A stretch of 64,000 nucleotides of DNA from Promethearchaeota archaeon (GCA_014728035.1 WJMJ01000059.1:224001-288000); one strand, 5' to 3'; shown: positions 50,307-60,970, counted from the first letter of the stretch. The notes: generated by a model from the sequence alone, not told the origin. Numbers and translations are program-made.

Positions 50307-50432
50307 ATGAAGATGACAATTAGTCAAGATTCCCATAGATCTGGTTTGAGTGAGCCTTGCCAGCAATCTGTTGAAAAACAGAATTGTCGAAATCTCAATT
50401 GTGATGAAGTGCTCATGCTGGAATGCACATGA
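50307..50432 (+). CDS. Possible third small ORF (41 aa, 4 Cys)
   Basis: ATG directly after the peptide 2 stop, second ATG at 50313; no similarity to the other two. Confidence 0.25.
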   Translation: MKMTISQDSHRSGLSEPCQQSVEKQNCRNLNCDEVLMLECT

Positions 50433-50437
50433 GCACT
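50408..50437. terminator. 10-bp hairpin between convergent units
   Basis: AGTGCTCATG / CATGAGCACT with a 10-nt loop, followed by T-rich sequence. Confidence 0.6.
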
Positions 50438-50443
50438 CACCAT

Positions 50444-51241
50444 TTATTTTTTAAAAACTAACTGATAGAAAGTTCCATTATAGATATAATCAACCTCCAC
50501 ATCTTTTGCTTTTTCAGGTATTTGTTCGAGAGGTGGTTTTGCTGCAAATAACGCGTTTGCCTCAACAATTGCCTTACCTCTATCAGTCCCTCGTACCTTT
50601 GGTGATAGACCTTCGTCAATTACTAGAATTGTCCCCTCCGGTTTTGCTACACGTAACATCTCCTTCAGTGCTTCCGAGATGTCTGAGAAAGTGTTAATTC
50701 CACCTGTATGAATGACTAAATCAAACTGGCTTTTTCTAAAAGGCATGTTGAATACACTTGCGTGAAGTAAAGCTACTGGAAGTTTTAGTTGGTTCATTTT
50801 ACTTTTTGAAACCTGTAACATCCCTGTGGACAAATCAATTCCATACAAATCAAATCTAGGTTCATTCTTTCTTATATGTGGTGCTAGAGCCTCAAAATTG
50901 GCAGCAGTACCTATACATACATCAAGTATCGAAACCGAACTCTTTTTCGGGATGAATTTTAGCAAATCTTCTCTTCCACTGGAAATGTCCGCTCCTAGAA
51001 AATCATCGTATTGTTTAACAAGGTCATCATATTTTGGAGCGAGCTCATCATATTCATCTATCCATCTCTTATCTTCTTCAGAGATTGGTGGATATACACA
51101 CGAAAGAATCTCTCCTTCCATATTCCAGACATGTCCTTTCTTGCATGCTATTTCAGCATCAATAAGTTCTGTGTTTGGAGGTATAATGATTTGATTCTTG
51201 CATTTCGGGCATCTTAGTTTCTTCAACATATTCGATTTCAT
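50444..51241 (-). CDS. Class I SAM methyltransferase with N-terminal Trm112-like Zn motif
   Basis: LRCPKC...CKKGH, ILDVCIGTA, GIDLS.GML, MPF...FDLV, EMLRVAKPEG. Confidence 0.88.
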   Translation of the reverse strand: MKSNMLKKLRCPKCKNQIIIPPNTELIDAEIACKKGHVWNMEGEILSCVYPPISEEDKRWIDEYDELAPKYDDLVKQYDDFLGADISSGREDLLKFIPKKSSVSILDVCIGTAANFEALAPHIRKNEPRFDLYGIDLSTGMLQVSKSKMNQLKLPVALLHASVFNMPFRKSQFDLVIHTGGINTFSDISEALKEMLRVAKPEGTILVIDEGLSPKVRGTDRGKAIVEANALFAAKPPLEQIPEKAKDVEVDYIYNGTFYQLVFKK

Positions 51242-51365
51242 TTCTCTACGTCCTAGGTCATGATATCCTATCATTATAGTATTCTTTAGTAGTATATGCA
51301 TTGGAGCAGATATATTGGAGGTCAACTTTGAAATATAATGTCTGTGAATCATACCAACAATGAAC

Positions 51366-52205
51366 CTATCCTTTTGCTGGAGACCCTATTGCATATTGAA
51401 ATGGCGAGTCGCTGAAGTAAGTATGGTCTCCCCTTCCCATTCTGAACGAATAACTACTGAGATTAAATCCCACACTTTCAAGAATACTTATCGCTTGTCT
51501 GTTAGTTTCTAATACACCTACACGAACTTTTTCACGGACAAGCGACCCGAAATGTTTCAGTAAATCAATTACTAGTTCTGATTTCTCACTGCAAACGATT
51601 GGTCCCAGTCTAACAACATTTGCTCTTTTACTCCCCATCGCGTATCCGACTATCTCCTTATTCCTTTCAGCAACTAGACAAAGCTCTGGAAAGTTCTCAA
51701 ATATGTTTTGTAAAAAGTGTGTACGATTTGCATTAAATGCGGAATAGTCCAGAGAATATACAATTGATTGATCCTCTTTTTCCATTTGTCTAACATTGCA
51801 TGAACGATGGCCCTCAATCTTTGTCTTGAATCGTAATGATTTGCAAAAAACTTGAAACCCTAAACTTTCATAAAGTGGAACTGCATCAGCCACTCCATCC
51901 AGCATAATGAGTGGAACTTTTAGCTTTTCAAGATAACTGATTGCAAAACTCATAAGATGTGTTCCAATGCCGTTTCCACGGTGTTGATTTGTGACAATGA
52001 GACCTCCAATAAATCCGAACTTGTCATATGCAACAGCACTAACCATTCCTACCAAGTGATTGTTGATTTCAGCAACAAATGCTGCATTTGGATTGTATGT
52101 AATAAAAGCATACCAATCATCGTAGATATCTGTCCAACCTTCATTCTTTGTTTGTTCTAATGCAAATGAGATCTCATCAATGTGCATCTTTCTGATTCTA
52201 AGCAT
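51366..52205 (-). CDS. Tandem GNAT N-acetyltransferase
   Basis: IVTNQHRGNGIGTHL acetyl-CoA motif, PLYESLGF, second degenerate GNAT half (RLGPIV). Confidence 0.9.
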   Translation of the reverse strand: MLRIRKMHIDEISFALEQTKNEGWTDIYDDWYAFITYNPNAAFVAEINNHLVGMVSAVAYDKFGFIGGLIVTNQHRGNGIGTHLMSFAISYLEKLKVPLIMLDGVADAVPLYESLGFQVFCKSLRFKTKIEGHRSCNVRQMEKEDQSIVYSLDYSAFNANRTHFLQNIFENFPELCLVAERNKEIVGYAMGSKRANVVRLGPIVCSEKSELVIDLLKHFGSLVREKVRVGVLETNRQAISILESVGFNLSSYSFRMGRGDHTYFSDSPFQYAIGSPAKG

Positions 52206-52268
52206 GAATTTGGTTCACCAACTATGTATGAACTAGTACTAACTAACAACAATTGAAGTAAACAACAT

Positions 52269-53264
52269 TCACTCTTTTATTTCAACTGTGCAGTCCTCTG
52301 TAAGCTTATCCTGTTCTGATATAGAATCAAATTCGAAGATTGGGTCTTTTGCCCAGCTAATAAAACCGATTGCCGATGGTACAAACGATATTGATAGCAA
52401 AATCAATGAGAATGATATAATTCGTACTGTGTCTATTCCTACCAGTCCAAACATGAAAATAAGTACGCCTTCACGAATTCCTAGTCCCAATATTGTTATT
52501 GGAATTGCAGTTAGCATCAGTACCACACTGAAAGAAATTGCGAGATGAAACCATGTTATTTCCAAATTCATAGCATATGCTAGAACAAACCACTGAAGGG
52601 TGTAAAACAACCAAGATCCCAATGAGAGAAGTAAAGAAACTGCCAGTCGTTTCTTACCGATTTTTTTAAGATTATCTCTCAATGTGAATAGTAGCTCTCC
52701 TGAAATTCCGGTGTTCAATTTTTGTATACGGGCTTCCAAAAACCAGGGCCAAATTGTGCTTCTAATTATTTTAAATACCACATATCCTCCAAGTATCCAA
52801 ATAGCGGGAATAATTATGGTGTCCCACTCTAAGGGAATGTTGAAGATTTCAATAATTGCTAAAACTGCAACTGTATATGGGACAATTACTGATATCGTTG
52901 CGTCGATGAATAGACTAAGAATCGACTGGTCTGTAGGATTACCCCGACTGGTAAGATAGGGTACTCGAACAAAATCCCCCAAGCTACCTGGGACTATCAG
53001 ATTTGTCATCTGAGCTAAACACAATGCATCTACTGCTTCTACAGTAGATAGACGTAAATTTAATCCCCTACTGATTACTTGCCATCTTGCCCCTTTTAGA
53101 AACAGAATTGGAATCATCAATGCTATTAGGATTACTGTAAAAATCGGATCTATAGATAGTGCAAAAAAGAAAACTGACTGAAGGTCTATCTGTATCATTA
53201 TATATATGAACCACGCCACTCCAATCAATCTAATAGCATGTTTTACAAATAATCTCTTATCCAC
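52269..53264 (-). CDS. UPF0104 / lysylphosphatidylglycerol-synthase TM (flippase-like) protein
   Basis: KGARWQ, NLIVPGSLGDFVR, IPITILGLGIREG. Confidence 0.88.
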   Translation of the reverse strand: MDKRLFVKHAIRLIGVAWFIYIMIQIDLQSVFFFALSIDPIFTVILIALMIPILFLKGARWQVISRGLNLRLSTVEAVDALCLAQMTNLIVPGSLGDFVRVPYLTSRGNPTDQSILSLFIDATISVIVPYTVAVLAIIEIFNIPLEWDTIIIPAIWILGGYVVFKIIRSTIWPWFLEARIQKLNTGISGELLFTLRDNLKKIGKKRLAVSLLLSLGSWLFYTLQWFVLAYAMNLEITWFHLAISFSVVLMLTAIPITILGLGIREGVLIFMFGLVGIDTVRIISFSLILLSISFVPSAIGFISWAKDPIFEFDSISEQDKLTEDCTVEIKE

Positions 53265-53505
53265 GTGACCCCCTCGCTGATTGTTTTTCAGCAAGATGCT
53301 TTATTCAATGCAAACTGGGATGGTAACAATGCCTATTCATCATTTTATACTCGAAGGCTTTGAACGCCCTTGCAAATGACTCCGTAACTCATCTCAATTT
53401 AGATTCTTTTTGGATGTATCGTTTCCGGATTATCTTTCTGTTAATATTCTATCTTGGTGCCGATTTGTGATATCTTAATAGTTAAGATTTGTAACTTTTG
53501 TTATT

Positions 53506-54864
53506 ATGACGAAAAGCAGATTGAATTGGATCGAGATACATAGATACATTTCATGGACACTGGTTATTGCATCCATTGTACTCATTTCAACTGGTTATGC
53601 TGTTTCTCGTGGATTGAGTCCATCCTATTATTATCAGCTAGCTCTGTTTCACCGAATCTTTGAGATGTTCTTTATTCCTCTACTGATACTTCATATGAGT
53701 ATCACAATTCGGTATTATCGTATCAATTGGAGAAAAACAATATCTCTGCTTCGTCAAAATCGTGGTTCATCAATACATAGTATGAGGCTTCTGCAAAGAC
53801 TATCGAGTTGGCTTATTGTGTTTTTCGCAGTCTTAGTAATAATCCCCGGGCTTAATGGGTATGATATTTTCGCTGAAGCTACAGGCGAAGCTATCCCATT
53901 CAGTTTACATCGTTTTTTTGATGTGTTTCTTGTTTCTTTGATTATTATTCATAGTATTATTGGAGTTCGTTTTGTTATGATGCGAAAACGAATACGCTGG
54001 AGATTTACTAACCATCTATTATCCTTTCTAACAATTGGTTTAGTCTTAGCTGTTGTTCTGGTTAACGTACCTCAAGCATCCGTTAAGGAAACGGAGTATT
54101 CTGGTACTGTTATTATTGGTTCTGAGGAGTTTAGTTTCCAAGCTTCCGATATCGACTCTCTCCGACCTGACATTTTTACAGAGGGACACTTTTCAATGTT
54201 TGATATTCTTGTTCACATTTCTAATCATGAAGGTATTGAACTGGAATATCATTTCAATGAAACAATGAATACTTTTGTTGTGGAGTCTATTAATGGAGAA
54301 CCGCATTGGTGGTATCGTGTTATCTACAGTGGTGGATGGCCAGAAAACAATGTATTCAGAATGGATCACTATCCTTGGAAGCCTGAAACTGAGATAACAT
54401 TCTACAAGGTGTCCAAAGAAAGGTTAGATGAAACTTATGCTATCTTTAGGGAAGAAATTGAACGCAAACTTGTTAATGATGGAGAACTCATTATCCCTGA
54501 AGTTACAATTCGTGGAAAGTCCTTTTATTACCGTGCAGAAAATGTTTCTGTGACTGCACATAATTTACGAAATGATACGTTCCAAACTGGTGTAATTACG
54601 GCGATTGATGTAATCATGAGTCTTGGTGACAAAGGGGATATTTTCTATGATATTGCATGGTTCGAATCAATTGGCGATGCTGATGTAGTGCAAAATTACT
54701 ATATTGTTCAAATCAATTCAGACCGACAAGCTGGCACATGTGGTTTTGTCTACGAATCTGGTGACCTTGAGAATCAGGGGCTTCTAAATCATATTCATCT
54801 TCCCTCCGATTCGCGTGTATTGAACGCACCTGAATATGTGACATGGTATTGGATATGTCTTTAG
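53506..54864 (+). CDS. Membrane protein: His-containing cytochrome-b-like TM region plus two beta-grasp (DUF4430-like) domains
   Basis: Two 3-TM repeats (HRYISW..HRIFE..LH / QRLSSW..HRFFD..IH); FVVESING..WWY and YYIVQINS...GFVY. Confidence 0.55.
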   Translation: MTKSRLNWIEIHRYISWTLVIASIVLISTGYAVSRGLSPSYYYQLALFHRIFEMFFIPLLILHMSITIRYYRINWRKTISLLRQNRGSSIHSMRLLQRLSSWLIVFFAVLVIIPGLNGYDIFAEATGEAIPFSLHRFFDVFLVSLIIIHSIIGVRFVMMRKRIRWRFTNHLLSFLTIGLVLAVVLVNVPQASVKETEYSGTVIIGSEEFSFQASDIDSLRPDIFTEGHFSMFDILVHISNHEGIELEYHFNETMNTFVVESINGEPHWWYRVIYSGGWPENNVFRMDHYPWKPETEITFYKVSKERLDETYAIFREEIERKLVNDGELIIPEVTIRGKSFYYRAENVSVTAHNLRNDTFQTGVITAIDVIMSLGDKGDIFYDIAWFESIGDADVVQNYYIVQINSDRQAGTCGFVYESGDLENQGLLNHIHLPSDSRVLNAPEYVTWYWICL

Positions 54865-56003
54865 TATTCAAAGATCATTTCGGATTCTGAACTCTTATCT
54901 GTGATTTCATTGTTTGTATATCTGAAGAATACGAAACCAATTGTTGACATTACTGCTGCGAAGATAATGATTGGAAGGTATTGATTTGGCCATATCGTAA
55001 TCAAAATTCCTGCAAAAATCGGTCCCAATACACCAGAGATTGACATGATTGATGTAAGCAATCCTGATGCGGTTGAACGTTCTTCATTTCTATCATTAAG
55101 GAATGTTAATGCACCTACATATAGACAGGCCCAAGAAAAACCTAGGAGTATTTGTGCTGGAATGATATCAATGATTGTTTTTGCGAAACTAAACCAAAGA
55201 AAGGTTACTGCAGATGAAACCAATCCCATTTGTATTAATTGAGTATCTTTGAATCTATCTGTAATTCCAACCATGAATACTACTTGTGAAACTGAATTGG
55301 TCGCTTGGACAATTCCAATCATAATTAATAGCTCTCCTTGTGAAAATAGAGTTCCACCAAGGTCTGACAAAAATAATGGCCATAATGTCCAAAGAGCAAA
55401 CGCACTACTATGACGAATTAGTACTGCACCATAAACGGAAAAATTCTTGGTAAGAGTATCTTTTGGAAATAATGGTACTGCTATCGAATCTCTTTCAATA
55501 GTTGGTAGCGTCATTGCAGTACCAAATGCTGCAATGAAAAACACTGTTGAAATCATAAATGCCCAGTGAATTCCGAAACCTGCTGCATATCCTGCAATAA
55601 TCGTGCCAACCCCCCATCCAACAGCGCCAAATGAGGCGAAACGTCCCATCTTCATATGGGACTCGTAGGCGAAAGCTGCCAAAGCTCCCGGATAAATACC
55701 GATACTGAAACCATTAAGCAATCTTACTATAAAGAGAACTTCTAATGAATTTGAAAAAATGATTAACCCAAAAGACAATGTTGATAGAAGTAATCCGAAT
55801 CGGAGTACAATTCTTCGACCGTAGATATCACCTGCTCTACCAAAGATATAGCTTGATACAAAACTTGCTACTGCATAGAACCCAACAAGTATTGTGACGT
55901 AGAAATTATCAGCACCCAACGCATCTCGTGCTAATATTGGGATATATGTGAAAGCAGACAATACTGCAGCACCTGCCATCACTTGAATTATCTCTGTCTT
56001 CAA
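54861..56003 (-). CDS. MFS transporter
   Basis: Motif A GRAGDIYGRR, about 12 TMs. Confidence 0.92.
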   Translation of the reverse strand: MKTEIIQVMAGAAVLSAFTYIPILARDALGADNFYVTILVGFYAVASFVSSYIFGRAGDIYGRRIVLRFGLLLSTLSFGLIIFSNSLEVLFIVRLLNGFSIGIYPGALAAFAYESHMKMGRFASFGAVGWGVGTIIAGYAAGFGIHWAFMISTVFFIAAFGTAMTLPTIERDSIAVPLFPKDTLTKNFSVYGAVLIRHSSAFALWTLWPLFLSDLGGTLFSQGELLIMIGIVQATNSVSQVVFMVGITDRFKDTQLIQMGLVSSAVTFLWFSFAKTIIDIIPAQILLGFSWACLYVGALTFLNDRNEERSTASGLLTSIMSISGVLGPIFAGILITIWPNQYLPIIIFAAVMSTIGFVFFRYTNNEITDKSSESEMIFEY

Positions 56004-56136
56004 ACCACGTCACTATCAGTTGAACATTTTATGCATCTAATTAACAGTCCGATTGAGGCCACATCTGACTTTTTCAGCAAACTTTTTGTCATTTCATGTG
56101 ATAGTATATTCAATTCTTAACATAATGGTGAAATGA

Positions 56137-56526
56137 GTGGTTTCAACAAAAGTCAAATTCATAGCAATAACAATTGATGAGCTAGTTCTGGTGCCTATAG
56201 TAATTGCCATTGTATACTTTTTCATTCCTGAGTTATTGGTTCCCCTCTCAATATTACTAATTGTTGGTGCAGCAATCTTCGTTGTGATCAAGTATTATCT
56301 GGTCTATCCTTCGTTGGAGGAATCAAGCTATTATCTGTATGATCTTGATGGTGCAATAGGAAAAGTGACCCAGACAGTCACAGCGCAGTCCGGAAAAGTA
56401 AAGGTTGGTCAGGAGATTTGGGATGCTCGTTGCGACGAGGGCCAAATATCTATAGGAACTGAAGTCCGGATAACTGCACGGGAAAGTATGCGCGTTAAGG
56501 TAGTGCCACGTGATGAGTATTCATAG
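56137..56526 (+). CDS. NfeD-like (OB-fold) membrane protein
   Basis: Two TMs then G..GKV...GKVKVGQEIWDAR...I..GTEVRI. Confidence 0.88.
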   Translation: MVSTKVKFIAITIDELVLVPIVIAIVYFFIPELLVPLSILLIVGAAIFVVIKYYLVYPSLEESSYYLYDLDGAIGKVTQTVTAQSGKVKVGQEIWDARCDEGQISIGTEVRITARESMRVKVVPRDEYS

Positions 56527-56527
56527 A

Positions 56528-57562
56528 TTATAGAAGTATTGCACGGACGAGTCTTATTGTTCTCTCAAGGTCATCAAGACTGATGGTTTCAAAGCTGCTA
56601 TGTGTATATCTACATGGAATTCCCAAGGCAGACACTCTTTGTCCCTGAGAAGCAATCTGGTAACCATCTGTTGTGTAGTTATGATATACTGCTCGCTGTA
56701 GTGGAATCTGTTCCCTTTCTGCTGTAGCAATAATTTCCTTGTTAAACTCATGAGAATAATGCATGTGATTATCTTTTATTACAAGTACTGGTCCTTCATT
56801 AAGAGAGCTACCTGCCATTCCATCGGTTCCTGGATAATCATCTGCAAGACCAACATCGATAATCAAAACTGCATCAACATCTAAATTGCGTGCAACTGAT
56901 GCTGCACCTTTAGCTCCTAATTCTTCCATGACAGTGGAAACAAATACTATTGTAGGCCTTTCTGATTTGGGAATCCGTGAAATCTCTTCTGCAATCTTGA
57001 TTAAGAGAACAAGTCCAACTCGGTCATCCATAGATTTTCCAACAACATTTTTCCCAATACATTCTATATCCGTTGCATATACAATAGGGTCTCCAATGTT
57101 GATTCCTTTCTCGCGAATTTCTTCTTCGGATGATGCTCCGATATCAATGAATATGTCCTCGTAACTGGGGAGCTTTCTCTTTTCTTTTGCGCCAGCAACA
57201 TGTGCGGTCTTGACACAGAAATACCCAGGGATAGAATCTGTATCTGTCAATATCTTTATTTTTTGCCCAGGAACCAATCGTAAATCTGGCATATACGATT
57301 GTGTGTTCCATTTCGCTCTAATGAACCCCTTACAGTCAAAACCACTTACGAGAAATCCCACTTCGTCTGCATGAGCAACGATTGCGTACCTCTTTTCCGT
57401 TCCTGGCATCGTAGCAATCAGATTTCCAATTTTATCTTCGATAATATCAAGATTGAGTTTTGCAAATCTCTGTTTCATGAACTCTTGAACTAGCTTTTCT
57501 CTTCCTACTGGACCAGGAATTTCACATAACTCTTTCAGGAGGTCAAATGTATCGTCACTCAT
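56528..57562 (-). CDS. M42-family metallo-aminopeptidase (TET-like)
   Basis: PGPVGRE, AHADEVG, KSMDDRVG, MEELG, IPCRYTHS. Confidence 0.93.
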   Translation of the reverse strand: MSDDTFDLLKELCEIPGPVGREKLVQEFMKQRFAKLNLDIIEDKIGNLIATMPGTEKRYAIVAHADEVGFLVSGFDCKGFIRAKWNTQSYMPDLRLVPGQKIKILTDTDSIPGYFCVKTAHVAGAKEKRKLPSYEDIFIDIGASSEEEIREKGINIGDPIVYATDIECIGKNVVGKSMDDRVGLVLLIKIAEEISRIPKSERPTIVFVSTVMEELGAKGAASVARNLDVDAVLIIDVGLADDYPGTDGMAGSSLNEGPVLVIKDNHMHYSHEFNKEIIATAEREQIPLQRAVYHNYTTDGYQIASQGQRVSALGIPCRYTHSSFETISLDDLERTIRLVRAILL

Positions 57563-57710
57563 TTTTCTCGGGTACAGGAATCATTTTTCTCCTCTTAAGG
57601 AGATTGTATCTATATCTTAGCACAATCAATTGATGATAAATGGCAATTTCAGATTCGACAAAACTCTTTTTTGTGCGAATGTCTTAAAATCAGTCAAGGT
57701 TAGGCTAGTA

Positions 57711-58691
57711 ATGATAATCACAGTTACTACTGTTGTAGTTCTTACTATTGGCATTTTATCGTTACTTTTAGCTTTGTATGGTGGATTATTAGCTAATTCG
57801 ATAGTAGAATTTGACTCTGATGATACTACTAAAAGTCAAACTTCTGAAGAGAGATACTATCTGTTGGGTATGATCGGTCTCATTGTTTTACTTTCCCGAA
57901 TTCTTATCATTCCGATTTTTTTCTGGATGTTACAATCCTTGGTTCCATATTGTCCTGGTGCTATGTGTGCATCTGGAGTAGTAAACGTATCAGCTCCCTA
58001 TTCTCTTCTAGCTATCGGCACAAAGATTTTCGTACCTTTTGCATATGGTCTTTGGCTAGTTTTAGAGATGACGAATAGAAAACAAGCTCAGTTACCCTTG
58101 ACATTAAACTTAGCAAGAGGATTTCTATATGTGCTACTCCCAATGTTATTCATTGATAGTGCTTTGGATTTGTTAGTTGTCGCATCTATTAGACCCATCT
58201 CTGTTCCCTGTTGCTCAAGCGTTTATGATGTCAATCCCCCATTTTCGCCTTCTTCTTTTCTTGGCCCAGAATTTGGCTTCTTGATTCTTGTCTTCGCAAT
58301 TGTTTCCACTTTGATACTTTCTGGAATTCAATGGATTGAAATGGACAATCCCAAAATTAAGCTTGCATCTGCTATACTAGCACCTCTATCCGCGCTCTTG
58401 TATTTTATTGCATTACACGATACCTATGCACCTATTGTGCTGGGCCTTTCAACACATCATTGCCCTTATTGTCTATTTCAGGAGTTTCCTGATACTGCAT
58501 TCTTTAGTATGTTATTTTGGATTGGAATTGCGACAGTGGTTTGGCGGTTAATTCTTGAGATGATTTCTGTACACTTTGAAATTTCAACTCAATCGATTTC
58601 TGGAATTCGCTCTATTCTTAGAAAAGTGTCATCTGTGTCTTTGCTATTTAGTATGGTTAGTATGTTAGCTCATCTTAGTATAGCTATCTAA
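57711..58691 (+). CDS. Cys-motif multi-pass membrane protein
   Basis: About 8 TMs with CPGAMC, PCCS and HHCPYC; start uncertain (57630 or 57711). Confidence 0.75.
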   Translation: MIITVTTVVVLTIGILSLLLALYGGLLANSIVEFDSDDTTKSQTSEERYYLLGMIGLIVLLSRILIIPIFFWMLQSLVPYCPGAMCASGVVNVSAPYSLLAIGTKIFVPFAYGLWLVLEMTNRKQAQLPLTLNLARGFLYVLLPMLFIDSALDLLVVASIRPISVPCCSSVYDVNPPFSPSSFLGPEFGFLILVFAIVSTLILSGIQWIEMDNPKIKLASAILAPLSALLYFIALHDTYAPIVLGLSTHHCPYCLFQEFPDTAFFSMLFWIGIATVVWRLILEMISVHFEISTQSISGIRSILRKVSSVSLLFSMVSMLAHLSIAI

Positions 58692-59362
58692 ACGATTTTC
58701 CCCTCATCCATCATGAACGTCTGATCAGCCCAGTCTAAAATGCGGGAGTTATGAGATGCAAGAATAATCGTCATCGCATCATCTTTAACCATTTTATCCA
58801 ATAACTTGAGAAGGTCCATTGTTAATTTTTTATCGATCGAGCTACCCGGTTCATCTGCAATCAGAATTTTCGGATTGTTAATTAATGCACGTGCAATGCT
58901 AACCCGTTGTTGTTCTCCTCCACTTAGCTCTGCAACTCGAAAACTGAGTCTATGTCCCAAATCAAGCTGCTCTAGTTTGTCTCTAGCTATTTTTTCAGCT
59001 TGCTTTCTTGGCACATCTGTACAGAGTTTTGGCAAAGCTACATTTTCTACTGCTGTTAGGTGTGGTAATAGGTAGTTTGCTTGAAGGATGAGACCAATTT
59101 TCTCACGTCTTATTTTTGCTCGAAAGACTTCAGAAATCATCGAAACATCTTCTCCTTCTATGAAGATTTTTCCCTTAGTTGGCGTAGTAAGCAGCATCAT
59201 TAATCCAAGAAGTGTTGTCTTTCCAGAACCACTTGGACCTCCCAGTGCAGTTTTTCTTCCTTTTAGAATCTCAATAGTAACATCTTTGACAGCATCAACT
59301 TTTCTAGATTCTTCCCTTCCAAAGGACTTCCACACATTCTTTGTTGTTATTATTGCATTCAT
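58688..59362 (-). CDS. ABC ATPase (LolD/MacB type)
   Basis: GPSGSGKTT, LSGGEQQRV, ILIADEP, ASH. Confidence 0.95.
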   Translation of the reverse strand: MNAIITTKNVWKSFGREESRKVDAVKDVTIEILKGRKTALGGPSGSGKTTLLGLMMLLTTPTKGKIFIEGEDVSMISEVFRAKIRREKIGLILQANYLLPHLTAVENVALPKLCTDVPRKQAEKIARDKLEQLDLGHRLSFRVAELSGGEQQRVSIARALINNPKILIADEPGSSIDKKLTMDLLKLLDKMVKDDAMTIILASHNSRILDWADQTFMMDEGKIV

Positions 59363-60574
59363 TCATATCCCCCTCAATACAACATCAGGATCGGTTAATG
59401 CATTTCGCCAGGCTGGAATCACTGTAGCTACCAATATAGGAATTATTGCCACTGTATAGATCACAAAAATTGTTATGCTTGAAATAGTAAGAGGAATTCC
59501 TCCATTGAGCAAAACCAAATTCCAACCGAGCAATAATCCTGCTAGTCCAGGAGCTCCAAGCAGAAATGTGTATATTATTGAAATGGAGATGCCAAAGCTG
59601 CTTCCTAGTAAACTTTGAGTCAGACTTTCAATCATTCTAATCTCCAGAACATCCACTGTGTCAAAGCCTAGTGCCTTAAGCAATCCTACTTCTCTTCGTG
59701 CTTCATCTGAGCCAGCACTCGAAACAGTAAACGCAAGAAGAAGAACTGTCAATAGGAGAATGGTCCAAATTAATGCGACAATTCCCGCTCTATCTCCATA
59801 GGTTCTGAGCATTGCATTATGTATTGCTTCTCGTGAAAGTACCCTTGCATCAACTAATCGGTTTTCAATCCTAAAAGCCACATCATTAAGATATGCTCCT
59901 GGAGTATTCCAAATGGCAATATCTGTACAAGTTTCATTTGAAATGCCAAATAACTCTCTAGCGCTTTGGATGTCTGTCATAATCATGTCATAACTGTATA
60001 TTTTTGATTTGCTACCAAAGATGCCTGCGACTGTGAACTCTATCAACGATTGATTGTATGAGATAAGCGATATCACTGAGCCTACCTCAATTTCAACGGG
60101 ATTTGAAGCGGTATTCATGAGGTCTACAATACCCTGCCCTATCACGATAGATCGCTCATTTCCAGTTTGTATGAATTCTCCCTCTTCTATCTCTGTACCA
60201 GTGGCACCAGGGATATCTTGGTAATCTGTCACATTGATGCCCATTACAGTTAGAAATCTTCCACTCCCAACATCTGCATATCCCCATACTCTAGGCATGG
60301 CAACTTTAACTCCTGAAACCTGTGAAATATTTGAAAACCAACTAAGAGGAATTGATTTCTGTCTACCGGCCTCAAGCTGTTGAACAACAATATCAGGCCC
60401 CTCCTCCAAAGAGTTCTCAATGTCTGTTAATACTCCTTGATGAATGAATTCTGTTGAACAAAGTAGAGTGGTTGAAACTATCAATGCAACCACTATTGCG
60501 GTACTTCTAAGTCTATATTTGAATAGGTTCCCTAGAGCATAACTAGCGAGATTAGTATGTTTTTGAAAGCCCAT
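59363..60574 (-). CDS. ABC permease (FtsX/MacB/LolE type)
   Basis: TM1, large external domain, RREVGLLKALG, PAWRNA..DP..VLR. Confidence 0.93.
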   Translation of the reverse strand: MGFQKHTNLASYALGNLFKYRLRSTAIVVALIVSTTLLCSTEFIHQGVLTDIENSLEEGPDIVVQQLEAGRQKSIPLSWFSNISQVSGVKVAMPRVWGYADVGSGRFLTVMGINVTDYQDIPGATGTEIEEGEFIQTGNERSIVIGQGIVDLMNTASNPVEIEVGSVISLISYNQSLIEFTVAGIFGSKSKIYSYDMIMTDIQSARELFGISNETCTDIAIWNTPGAYLNDVAFRIENRLVDARVLSREAIHNAMLRTYGDRAGIVALIWTILLLTVLLLAFTVSSAGSDEARREVGLLKALGFDTVDVLEIRMIESLTQSLLGSSFGISISIIYTFLLGAPGLAGLLLGWNLVLLNGGIPLTISSITIFVIYTVAIIPILVATVIPAWRNALTDPDVVLRGI

Positions 60575-60959
60575 AAGATTTTCTTCCCAGTATAATTATG
60601 ATCAGTATTGGAACTATTGCAAAAAGAATCGCAGTTATTATTACAATGGCATCAGTTTGCTGCATAGAAAAGACAGTGGGTCTTACCAACTGGACTGGAA
60701 TATTGAAAGTGTAATCTATGTAGCCCACCATCGCACCTCCAGAATATATCGAATAACCCCCTGGTATATCTCCAATTATACCAAATGGCGACTCTATGGC
60801 TGGTGCTCTGTTGTGATAGGAATCCTGCATAATAGCTGGTCCAATCTCCGGGAACATCCAATTTGGGGAATTAGCCCTATTCACAAGAATAACCATCGCC
60901 AAGCAATTAAGCAAGACCGATCCGATTAGACCAATAGTCAATAGTTTTTTTCTATTCAT
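60552..60959 (-). CDS. Two-TM hypothetical protein
   Basis: N- and C-terminal hydrophobic helices; overlaps the permease start; GGTGAG SD. Confidence 0.6.
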   Translation of the reverse strand: MNRKKLLTIGLIGSVLLNCLAMVILVNRANSPNWMFPEIGPAIMQDSYHNRAPAIESPFGIIGDIPGGYSIYSGGAMVGYIDYTFNIPVQLVRPTVFSMQQTDAIVIITAILFAIVPILIIIILGRKSYGLSKTY

Positions 60960-60970
60960 TTTCTCACCAA

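Noticed and set aside
50404-50440. ATGA-stem-loop as a SECIS element
   Set aside because: The 3' arm is followed by CA, not the GA needed for the G-A quartet, and no gene with a conserved in-frame TGA was found nearby
56137-56526. NfeD as part of a stomatin/SPFH operon
   Set aside because: No SPFH gene is adjacent; orphan short NfeD genes are unremarkable
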